47,707 bases of DNA from Clostridia bacterium (GTDB lineage Bacteria > Bacillota > Clostridia > Christensenellales > DUVY01): contig DATCKP010000124.1 in assembly GCA_036562165.1 (NCBI GenBank), positions 1-47,707 on the forward strand, given 5' to 3'. Positions 8,058 to 15,686 of the stretch are shown here, in pieces. Each line of letters opens with the position of its first letter. Positions within the stretch are counted from its first letter, which is position 1. Under the pieces are notes generated by a model that ran no database searches, was not told the DNA's origin, and saw only the letters and a list, made by a program, of their open reading frames with translations. The position numbers were made by a program, and so were the translations under genes.

Positions 8058-8130
8058 GTAATCTTTTTTTCGGGACGGTAAATGATAAAAAATTTAACCG
8101 TCCCAAAACAAAGATTACTTTTTTGTTTTT
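8058..8130 (+). terminator. Long near-perfect hairpin plus U-run (terminator, or body of a small RNA)
   Basis: GTAATCTTTTTTTCGGGACGGT (8058-8079) pairs with ACCGTCCCAAAACAAAGATTAC (8097-8118): 20 of 22 positions paired by hand, 17-nt A-rich loop, then TTTTTTGTTTTT. Confidence 0.55.
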
Positions 8131-8208
8131 AGGGACTTTATATTGACATAATTAAATTTTTGGAGTAAAAAGAAGGTAAAGATTTTAAAGATCAGGTAAA
8201 CTAAGAAA

Positions 8209-8979
8209 ATGGCTCAACAAACAAAATTAGAATTAAACTCTTCTAGCTCGGTAAAAAAGGTAATCGCGGTAATCAGCGGCAAAGGCGGAGTGGGAAAATC
8301 CATGGTTACTTCGCTTTTGGCTTCCGCGTTTAGAAAAAACGGTCACAGCGTGGCAGTTTTAGACGCGGATATAACCGGGCCGTCCATTCCTAAGGCTTTC
8401 GGCTTAAAAGGCCCTATATCTTTTTCCGAAAAGGGCATTTTGCCTAAAGAAACCAATTCGGGCATTAAGGTTATGTCCGTAAACTTTTTGTTAAACCACG
8501 AATCCGAACCTATAATTTGGAGAGGACCTTTGATCTCGGGAGCGGTCAAGCAGTTTTGGACAGAAGTCGTCTGGGGCGACGTGGATTATATGTTTATAGA
8601 TATGCCGCCGGGAACGGGCGACGTTTCGCTTACCGTTTTTCAATCTTTTAAGCTGGACGGAATAGTTATAGTTACTTCCCCGCAAGAGCTGGTGGCTATG
8701 ATAGTCCAAAAAGCAATTAATATGGCTAAAGATATGAACGTCAAAATATTAGGGCTTATAGAAAATATGTCGTATTTTGTTTGCCCTAACTGCACCAAGA
8801 AGCATTATATCTTCGGCAACAGCGGCATAGACGAAACAGCCCAAAAACAAAATCTAAAAGTCTTGGCTAAAATTCCTATCGACCCTGCCATATCACAAGC
8901 GTTTGACAGCGGTCAAGCCGAAAACATAGACGCTCAATGGCTGCTTCCGGCAGTATACAGCATAGAAAGCAACGCCTAA
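8209..8979 (+). CDS. Mrp/NBP35 (ApbC-like) P-loop ATPase, Fe-S cluster carrier family
   Basis: Deviant Walker A SGKGGVGKS, the DMPPGTGD motif, and the conserved CPNC pair (FVCPNCTKKHYIFG). Confidence 0.88.
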   Translation: MAQQTKLELNSSSSVKKVIAVISGKGGVGKSMVTSLLASAFRKNGHSVAVLDADITGPSIPKAFGLKGPISFSEKGILPKETNSGIKVMSVNFLLNHESEPIIWRGPLISGAVKQFWTEVVWGDVDYMFIDMPPGTGDVSLTVFQSFKLDGIVIVTSPQELVAMIVQKAINMAKDMNVKILGLIENMSYFVCPNCTKKHYIFGNSGIDETAQKQNLKVLAKIPIDPAISQAFDSGQAENIDAQWLLPAVYSIESNA

Positions 8980-8987
8980 AAAACGTT

Positions 8988-9018
8988 AACCGCCCTAAAA
9001 AAATAGGGCGGTTTTTTT
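8988..9018 (+). terminator. Terminator after the Mrp-family gene
   Basis: AACCGCCCT / AGGGCGGTT stem followed by TTTTTTT. Confidence 0.8.
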
Positions 9019-9094
9019 ATGTGATAAAATACCTTATAGAAATAGTCTATATTTGCCCTTTGGCGCTTATAGGAAGTATAATAAATATAACAAA

Positions 9095-9114
9095 ATGTTA
9101 GACTATTCTAACAT
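9095..9114. promoter_or_regulatory. Perfect palindrome, candidate operator upstream of DUF3793-flavodoxin
   Basis: ATGTTAGA-CTAT-TCTAACAT (8-bp arms) lies 13 nt downstream of a TATAAT at 9077-9082. Confidence 0.3.
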
Positions 9115-9161
9115 ACGCCAAAATGAATAAAAATCTAAAACGGCATAAATAATAAACATAA

Positions 9162-9722
9162 ATGATTAATTCTGTCCAAATCGAAAAATACAACTATATG
9201 CTCTCAAAAATCGCCGCTCCTACTTTAAAGTTTATTAAGCCTGCAAGCTTAATATGTTTACCTAAAGCTCTAAAAATAGACAACATCAGGCTGAAAACGC
9301 GCGGGCTTGAGATAACTTTGCTTTATAACGGCGCTCAAAATCAAGCGGTATTGATTTTTAACAGATCAATGCTTCAAGAAATCTTAAAAGACTCAAGGTC
9401 TAAAGATTTTTTGGCGAAGTATTATTATCCCATACAAGACGATTTGGACGCAAATTTAGAGTATTTAAAAAGAAGACTTCAAGGATTTTTCCAAGGCAAA
9501 AACGAATTCGCTCACGAAATAGGTTTGTTTTTGGGCTATCCTTTGGACGACGTTATGGACTTTATAAAAAAGGATAAGCGGCATTATTTTAGCGGATATT
9601 GGAAAGTATATAACGATCCACATCGCGCGATCAGGATTATGAGCGGGTATGAGCTTGCCAAAGCAAAAGTAATAAAAGAATGCCTGCAAGGAAAAAAGTT
9701 TTTTGAGATAATCAAAAACTAA
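9162..9722 (+). CDS. DUF3793-family protein
   Basis: The block FAHEIGLFLGYPLDDVMDFIKKDKRHYFSGYWKVYNDPHRA matches my memory of the DUF3793 core (HEIG.FLGYP..DV.GF...G.....G.WKVY). There is no obvious SD, so the start is uncertain. Confidence 0.75.
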   Translation: MINSVQIEKYNYMLSKIAAPTLKFIKPASLICLPKALKIDNIRLKTRGLEITLLYNGAQNQAVLIFNRSMLQEILKDSRSKDFLAKYYYPIQDDLDANLEYLKRRLQGFFQGKNEFAHEIGLFLGYPLDDVMDFIKKDKRHYFSGYWKVYNDPHRAIRIMSGYELAKAKVIKECLQGKKFFEIIKN

Positions 9723-9737
9723 AATTTAGGAGGTTTT

Positions 9738-10163
9738 ATGGCGAAAATATTAATAGTGTATTGGTCCGGAACGGGCAATACCGAAAAGATGGCCGAATTG
9801 ATAGCGCAGGGCGCGTCCCAAGCCGGTGCTCAAGTCGATTTAAAAAACGTGGCATTAGCTTCGCCCGAAATGTTAGACGATTACGAAATTGCGGCCTTAG
9901 GTTCGCCCGCCATGGGAGTGGAAGTCATAGAAGAAGAAGAGATGGAGCCTTTCGTGGAAAGCATAAAAGACAGAGTGACAGGCAAAAAGTTAGCCCTGTT
10001 CGGCTCTTACGACTGGGGCGACGGAGAATGGCTGGAAAACTGGAAAGAGAGAATGACGGACTACGGAGCCGTTGTCGTGGATACTTTGGCTGTTAACTTG
10101 ACTCCGGAAGGCGAAAGCGCGCAGCGGTGCGTAGATTTGGGACGCAAGCTTGCTTTGTTATAA
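9738..10163 (+). CDS. Short-chain flavodoxin
   Basis: N-terminus MAKILIVYWSGTGNTEKMAE (FMN phosphate-binding loop), 141 aa, acidic. AGGAGG lies 4 nt upstream of the ATG. Confidence 0.92.
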   Translation: MAKILIVYWSGTGNTEKMAELIAQGASQAGAQVDLKNVALASPEMLDDYEIAALGSPAMGVEVIEEEEMEPFVESIKDRVTGKKLALFGSYDWGDGEWLENWKERMTDYGAVVVDTLAVNLTPEGESAQRCVDLGRKLALL

Positions 10164-10273
10164 AAAGACGTCGGCGCTATTAGTCTTTTAGTTTGTACAT
10201 AATTGCTATTAAAATTTATTAAAATATAATTAAAAAAGATTTGCAAATAACAAAATTTTTGCAAATTCAGTGC

Positions 10274-10302
10274 TTTACAACATACGCAACTTATGCTAAA
10301 AT
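10274..10302 (+). promoter_or_regulatory. Sigma-A promoter of the lipoprotein gene
   Basis: TTTACA (10274-10279), 17-nt spacer, TAAAAT (10297-10302). Confidence 0.55.
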
Positions 10303-10382
10303 ATGCTTACATAGTGAATGAATTATCAAAGAAATTACAACAAGTTATCAAATTGAACAAAATTTATTAAGGAGAATGAGAT

Positions 10383-11171
10383 ATGAAAAAATTTGTCGTT
10401 TCGTTGCTGGCGATTTTGACAACTATGGTGTTGTTTGTCGGCGTTTTAGGCTGCGATAAAAAGCCTGAAACCAATTCCGCTACGGCTTTGGATCTTGTAT
10501 ATAAGGATGGTTATCTTGGCGTAGTAGATATTACGGTCAATAAAGACGGAAAGGTTACCGCTATTAAAATCGACGAAATCTTCTTGCCTTCAACTTGGGC
10601 TAAGAAAACTAGCGAAGGCGATAACGCTTCGTTCACGAATTATTGGACTGTAAACGATCAACAAACAGATTACGCTAGATACATTAGAATAGACAACAAA
10701 TACTTTGAAGCCAAAGGCGACAACGCTTCTAAGCCCGTTTGGGAAGAAATCAACGGCTCTATTAAAGACCTAGAAAAAGAGCTTAAAGAAAGCGCTCAAA
10801 CTAGAGAATGGTATTACAACGCCGTTAAAAACGGCAAAGTAGCCATCGTAAAAGCCGCAGATAACGGATTTGAAGACGAAAAAGACCCCGCTAAAAACAC
10901 TTACGGCAGCATGTTCAAGTCCACAAGCTCTTATTGGCCTGCAGGCCTTTATGGAAAAAAAGGTTGGAAGGCTAATATCGAAGCTATAGAAAATTACGTA
11001 AAAGAATACGGCGTTAACTACGAATTAGGCGACCTTGAACAAAATCCTCAAACTGAGCTTTGGTGGATTGGAGACGTTGAAACAGGCGCTACCCTGACCG
11101 AGTTTAAAGACTATATGAAAGTCGTAAAAGACGCTTACGAAAAAGCGATGGAAATTTACAAAAAGAAATAA
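10383..11171 (+). CDS. Lipoprotein with split FMN-binding (flavinylation-type) domain
   Basis: Signal peptide plus lipobox VLGC (Cys24). N-terminal GYLGVVDITVNKDGKVTAIKIDE resembles the start of an FMN_bind domain. C-terminal GDVETGATLT matches the Dxx(S/T)GA(S/T) flavinylation motif. AAGGAG RBS. Confidence 0.8.
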   Translation: MKKFVVSLLAILTTMVLFVGVLGCDKKPETNSATALDLVYKDGYLGVVDITVNKDGKVTAIKIDEIFLPSTWAKKTSEGDNASFTNYWTVNDQQTDYARYIRIDNKYFEAKGDNASKPVWEEINGSIKDLEKELKESAQTREWYYNAVKNGKVAIVKAADNGFEDEKDPAKNTYGSMFKSTSSYWPAGLYGKKGWKANIEAIENYVKEYGVNYELGDLEQNPQTELWWIGDVETGATLTEFKDYMKVVKDAYEKAMEIYKKK

Positions 11172-11190
11172 AAAATGAAATCATTAATAA

Positions 11191-11225
11191 AAGGCGTTAA
11201 CTTAAAAAAGTTAACGCCTTTTTTA
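11191..11225 (+). terminator. Terminator after the lipoprotein gene
   Basis: AAGGCGTTAAC / GTTAACGCCTT stem followed by a T-run. Confidence 0.85.
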
Positions 11226-11328
11226 TTATTATCCCTAAAAGTTACTGTTAAGCCTTGCCAAAGGCGAAAACGTCCCGCTCAAAAGCTTTATCTACCCGCA
11301 AAAAGCGTAATTAATCAGGGCAAATATT

Positions 11329-11362
11329 AAAAAGCAATGTTTTTTTTACATTGCTTTTTTTA
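11329..11362 (-). terminator. Terminator after cysS (bidirectional shape)
   Basis: AGCAATGT (11333-11340) / ACATTGCT (11348-11355), flanked by an A-run and a T-run. Confidence 0.7.
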
Positions 11363-11366
11363 GGCT

Positions 11367-12770
11367 TTATTTTTTAGTTATCTTATAACCTTGCGGGGTG
11401 TCGATTATTAGATAGCCTTTTTGGTTGATTTGGTTTCTAAGCTCGTCAGCTAACGCGTAATTTTTTGCCTTTTTTGCTTCTAACCTTTGTTCAGCCAAGT
11501 TTTTGATATCTTCGGGTATAGCGTCTTCTTCGGCTATAGTTTCCTCGGACTGAGCTTGTTGGGCGGATTGCTCTAGTCTAAGCCCGAGCACTTGGTCGGC
11601 GTATATAGCAAAGTCGTAAACCGCCCTTGACTTAGGCTCTTTCAGCGCGGTCCACAAAACGCCCAAAGCAAGCGGTATATTAAGGTCGTCGTTTACCGCT
11701 TCGTCGAATTTTTGGTAATATTCTTTTAACGCAGGGTTGCCGGCTGTAGAAGCGTTTTTGTGAGCGATTAACTGCTCAATTAATCTTTTGCGCGCAATTT
11801 CTGCTGCGTCTAATCCTTCAAAAGTAAAGTTGAGCTTTTTGCGGTAATGGGTGTTAAGGCAGAAATACCTAAAGTCCATAGGGTCGTATCCGCGGTTTTC
11901 CAAATCGCTTATGGTATAGGTATTGCCTAAGGACTTGGACATTTTGCCGTTGTCCACCATCATAAACTCGCTGTGCATCCAAATTTTGACAGCCGGCTTT
12001 CCTATAAGCGCTTCGGTTTGCGCGATTTCGTTTTCGTGGTGAATAGGAATATGGTCTACGCCGCCGCTGTGGATATCAAACTCGTCGCCCAAAAACACTC
12101 TGCCTAAAGTAGAGCATTCTATGTGCCAGCCGGGATAGCCCATTCCCCAAGGGCTTGGCCATTGCATTATATGTTCTTTGGGAGCTTTTTTCCATAGAGC
12201 GAAGTCGTAAGGGTTGCGTTTTTCGGGATTAACTTCTACTCTGGCTCCGGCGATCTGATCTTCTAGGTTGATCTTGCTGAGTTTTCCGTATTCGGGGAAT
12301 TTGGATATGTCAAAATAAATGCCGTCCGAAGTCTCGTAGCCGTAGCCTTTTTCCACCAACTTTACGACAAAGTCTATCATTTCGTTGATATAGTCGGTCG
12401 CTTTAGGCGTGTATTCGGGCTTTTCGATATTGAGCTTTTTTAGGTCTTCAAAAAACGCTTTTGTGTAAAACTCCGCGATCTCGTAAGGAGAGCGGTTTTC
12501 TTTTTTTGCGGCGGTTTCCATTTTATCTTCGCCGGTGTCGCTGTCCGACTCAAGATGCCCTACGTCCGTGATATTCATCACGCCTTTTAGACGATAACCG
12601 TTGTGCTTTAGGACTCGTCTTAGAATATCCACGAAAATAAAGGTTCGCATATTGCCTATATGGGCAAAGTTATAGACGGTAGGGCCGCACGAATACATGC
12701 TGACTTCGCCTTCTTTTATGGGCTTAAATACTTCCTTTTGCCTTGTCAATGTGTTATACAGTTTCAACAT
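11367..12770 (-). CDS. cysS: Cysteine--tRNA ligase
   Basis: HIGH-type motif CGPTVYNFAHIGN, KMSKS present, and typical class I CysRS sequence throughout. Confidence 0.96.
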   Translation of the reverse strand: MLKLYNTLTRQKEVFKPIKEGEVSMYSCGPTVYNFAHIGNMRTFIFVDILRRVLKHNGYRLKGVMNITDVGHLESDSDTGEDKMETAAKKENRSPYEIAEFYTKAFFEDLKKLNIEKPEYTPKATDYINEMIDFVVKLVEKGYGYETSDGIYFDISKFPEYGKLSKINLEDQIAGARVEVNPEKRNPYDFALWKKAPKEHIMQWPSPWGMGYPGWHIECSTLGRVFLGDEFDIHSGGVDHIPIHHENEIAQTEALIGKPAVKIWMHSEFMMVDNGKMSKSLGNTYTISDLENRGYDPMDFRYFCLNTHYRKKLNFTFEGLDAAEIARKRLIEQLIAHKNASTAGNPALKEYYQKFDEAVNDDLNIPLALGVLWTALKEPKSRAVYDFAIYADQVLGLRLEQSAQQAQSEETIAEEDAIPEDIKNLAEQRLEAKKAKNYALADELRNQINQKGYLIIDTPQGYKITKK

Positions 12771-13422
12771 CTTTGTCGCTACCTTTTTCCAATAATTCTA
12801 TGCGTTTGTTTAATTTTTCGATTTCCTTATTAAGTCTGTCAAATTCTTTTTTCAAGGGATCGGGGAAAGTTTGGTCAAGGTCGTCGGGCTTTTTGCCGTG
12901 TATGCGGACTACCCTGCCGGGTATTCCTACCACCGTGCAGCCGGGCGGAACGTCCTTTAAAACGACGCTGCCCGCGCCTATTTTGCTGCCTTTTCCGATG
13001 GTAATGGGCCCTAGCACTTTAGCCCCCGCGCTGACCATCACGTTGTCTTCCAAAGTAGGATGGCGTTTGCCGGTGTCCTTGCCCGTGCCCCCCAAAGTTA
13101 CCCCTTGATAGAGCGTGCAGTTTTTGCCTATAATCGTGGTTTCGCCTATAACCACGCCTGAGCCGTGGTCGATGAAAAGACCGCCGTCAATCTCGGCAGC
13201 TGGGTGAATTTCTATGCCGGTAAAGAACCGCGTTATCTGGCTTATTATTCTGCCTAATAGTTTTAACCCCAGCCTTTTATATACAAAGTGCGCGATTCTA
13301 TAACCTAAAACGGCGTGAAAACCCGAATAGGTAAGTATAATTTCAAGCTTATTATGCGCGGCGGGGTCATTTCGCAACGCCGCGTCCAAATCCATTTTTA
13401 CTTTTTCTATAAACGAGCTCAT
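12754..13422 (-). CDS. cysE: Serine O-acetyltransferase
   Basis: Hexapeptide-repeat left-handed beta-helix (GTGKDTGKRHPTLEDNVMVSAGAKVLGPITIG) plus N-terminal RNDPAA. Start moved to the ATG at 13422 (MSSFIEK). The 3-prime end overlaps cysS by 17 nt. Confidence 0.9.
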   Translation of the reverse strand: MSSFIEKVKMDLDAALRNDPAAHNKLEIILTYSGFHAVLGYRIAHFVYKRLGLKLLGRIISQITRFFTGIEIHPAAEIDGGLFIDHGSGVVIGETTIIGKNCTLYQGVTLGGTGKDTGKRHPTLEDNVMVSAGAKVLGPITIGKGSKIGAGSVVLKDVPPGCTVVGIPGRVVRIHGKKPDDLDQTFPDPLKKEFDRLNKEIEKLNKRIELLEKGSDKDVETV

Positions 13423-13872
13423 GAGAATATTTCTTGGATTTTTAAACAAAATTTTTAGTTAATAAATTATATGCCGAAAAGGCGCTTATGTGGCAATACC
13501 AAAAAAAACAAAAAAATTCAACATCGATCTAAAACAAGCGCCCGTTTCAAAAGATTATTTTTTTGATGCAAAATCGTCTTTAAATATTCCAAAATTTATG
13601 TCCTTTTAAAATATTATCTCTTAGTCTTTATTGTATCCAAAATAATAATATTAATTATCTGTTAATTGAGCGGTATAACCATTATATATTAGTAATATTA
13701 TAAAGTCAACGCGGCGATAAAACAAGTTAATAGCGATTAATATAATTAAAAAAAGGCTGTCAATATACAAATAAAAATTACAAAAAATTGTTTTCAAAAC
13801 GTTTACATTTTTTTTTATTATGATATTATATCTATAAATATTTTTTGCAGGCGGCTTCGGGGTTATATTTTT

Positions 13873-15684
13873 ATGAACGCTTTTTTGCAGGCGTGGGGAT
13901 ATTTTAAAAAACACGGATTCGCTTTGGTCTTTTGTTTTATATTGGGCTGTTTTTTTATATTGGTCTCTCAGCTTATACCCCAAGTAACTCAATTGATTTT
14001 AGACAAAGTAATATTGCCTGTTTTAGGCATGGTAAACGAAAAAGAGTCGTCCAGCGTATTTTTGCCGCTGCTTAATAAGATTTTGGGCGATCCTTCGGCG
14101 GATTTAACCAAAACGTTTATTACGCTCGCGATTTGTTGGTTTTTATTAGTTTTTTTGCGGCACGCGGCGCACTATATTCGATGGAATTTAGGGCATTCCA
14201 GGTCGGTAGATTGCGAAAACGACTTAAGAAGCGCTGTGTTCCGCAAGATGATTAACCAAAACTCCGTAGTCTTAAGCCGTTATACGAGCGGGGAGCTTTT
14301 GAGCATCGCCCAATCCGACATCGTAATGATCAAAGATATGTTTGTCCATTACATACCGCTGTCTTTGGAAAGCTTTGTGTATGTAATTTTCGCGGTGTTT
14401 TTTATAACCCGTATTCATTGGTCGCTGGCTGTTTTTCCGCTTGTTATGGGCGCCGCTATGGCTATAGCGTCCAGGCTTAATATGAAAAAAATGCGAGAAG
14501 TGTATAACGATATCCGCAACCGCTCGATAGATCTAAACACCTGCGTTCAGGAAAACATAAACGGCATACGCATAGTAAAAGCATATGTCGCCGAAAACCA
14601 AGAAATCAAAAAATTCGACCAAAAAAACTTGGCATATAAAAAAGCGTATTATAAGCACACAAACGTTTTAAGCTCGTTTAACGCGCTGTTTGCGTCTTTT
14701 GCTCAAATCGCTTATCTAGGCTCTATTGTCATAGCTGTATTTTTGGGGCTTAAAGGCAAGCTTACCATAGGCGAGTTCGGCTCCTTTGTGTATTATATTG
14801 GAGCGATTACCAACCCGCTTACTAACCTGTCTTATCACGTAAGCCAGCTTCAGCAGTCTTTATTATGCGCGGACAGAGTATTTACCTTTCTTAACACGAG
14901 CAACGTAATAACCGATATCGAAAACCCCGTCAGAATAACTCAAAAGCCCCATTTAGTAATAGAAAACGCAAGCTTAACTATTGACAACAAGCCTATACTT
15001 ACCGATATCAGCCTGGACCTGCCTTATGGCAAAAAGCTGGGGATTATGGGCAAAACGGGCTCAGGCAAGTCTTCCCTGCTAAAATTGATGGCAAGGTTTT
15101 ACGAAGTCACCAAAGGCGCTGTCTTGATAAACGGAACGGACATAAGAAACATTAAGCTCGACGACGTAAGAAGACAGTTTGGCTATGTTATGCAGGATGT
15201 GTTCTTGTTTTCCAATACAATAGACTCCAACATTGCGTTTTATAATCCGGACGCGTCCCAAGAAGACGTCAAAAAAGCCGCCCAAGCCGCCCAAGCCCAC
15301 GACTTTATCACAGCTATGCCCCAAGGCTACGAAACCATAGTAGGCGAAAGGGGCGTAGGCTTGTCGGGCGGACAAAAGCAAAGAGTGTCTATAGCGCGAG
15401 CGTTGTTAAAGGACGCGCCTATATTGCTTTTGGACGACGCCACCAGCGCGCTGGATATGCATACCGAAAGGCTCATTATGCGGACTTTGGCGGAAGAATA
15501 CTCCGACAAGACGCTGGTTATAGTCGCGCACAGGGCTGAGTCTGTGCAATTTTGCGATGAGATAATCTATCTAGAAGACGGCAAGATAGTAGAACGGGGC
15601 TCGCACGAAGAATTAATGCGTCTAAACGGCAGATACGCCGACATCTATAAAAAACAGCAGGCGGGCATGCGGGAGATCGCGTAA
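13873..15684 (+). CDS. ABC exporter half-transporter (TMD-NBD), degenerate-site subunit
   Basis: Six-TM exporter domain. Walker A GKTGSGKSS, canonical signature LSGGQKQR, but Walker B LLLDDATSALD has Asp where the catalytic Glu normally sits. Confidence 0.9.
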   Translation: MNAFLQAWGYFKKHGFALVFCFILGCFFILVSQLIPQVTQLILDKVILPVLGMVNEKESSSVFLPLLNKILGDPSADLTKTFITLAICWFLLVFLRHAAHYIRWNLGHSRSVDCENDLRSAVFRKMINQNSVVLSRYTSGELLSIAQSDIVMIKDMFVHYIPLSLESFVYVIFAVFFITRIHWSLAVFPLVMGAAMAIASRLNMKKMREVYNDIRNRSIDLNTCVQENINGIRIVKAYVAENQEIKKFDQKNLAYKKAYYKHTNVLSSFNALFASFAQIAYLGSIVIAVFLGLKGKLTIGEFGSFVYYIGAITNPLTNLSYHVSQLQQSLLCADRVFTFLNTSNVITDIENPVRITQKPHLVIENASLTIDNKPILTDISLDLPYGKKLGIMGKTGSGKSSLLKLMARFYEVTKGAVLINGTDIRNIKLDDVRRQFGYVMQDVFLFSNTIDSNIAFYNPDASQEDVKKAAQAAQAHDFITAMPQGYETIVGERGVGLSGGQKQRVSIARALLKDAPILLLDDATSALDMHTERLIMRTLAEEYSDKTLVIVAHRAESVQFCDEIIYLEDGKIVERGSHEELMRLNGRYADIYKKQQAGMREIA

Positions 15685-15686
15685 AA

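Noticed and set aside
9761-10096. Arg-rich 111-aa ORF in the +1 frame inside the flavodoxin gene. A similar one lies at 27931-28212 inside sbcC.
   Set aside because: This is the typical off-frame reading of a GAA/GAC-rich acidic gene. There is no independent start signal, and the flavodoxin frame is unambiguous.
13423-13660. Possible T-box riboswitch upstream of cysE.
   Set aside because: I read the minus strand and found no T-box core sequence, no AGAGA/GNUGGNA-type conserved boxes, and no convincing terminator/antiterminator pair. This needs a covariance-model scan to be definitive.
13651-13992. 113-aa minus-strand ORF in the AT-rich spacer, overlapping the start of the ABC exporter gene.
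   Set aside because: Its composition (Ile/Lys/Asn/Tyr-rich) reflects AT-rich DNA. There is no RBS, and it overlaps a well-supported gene start. It is most likely spurious.
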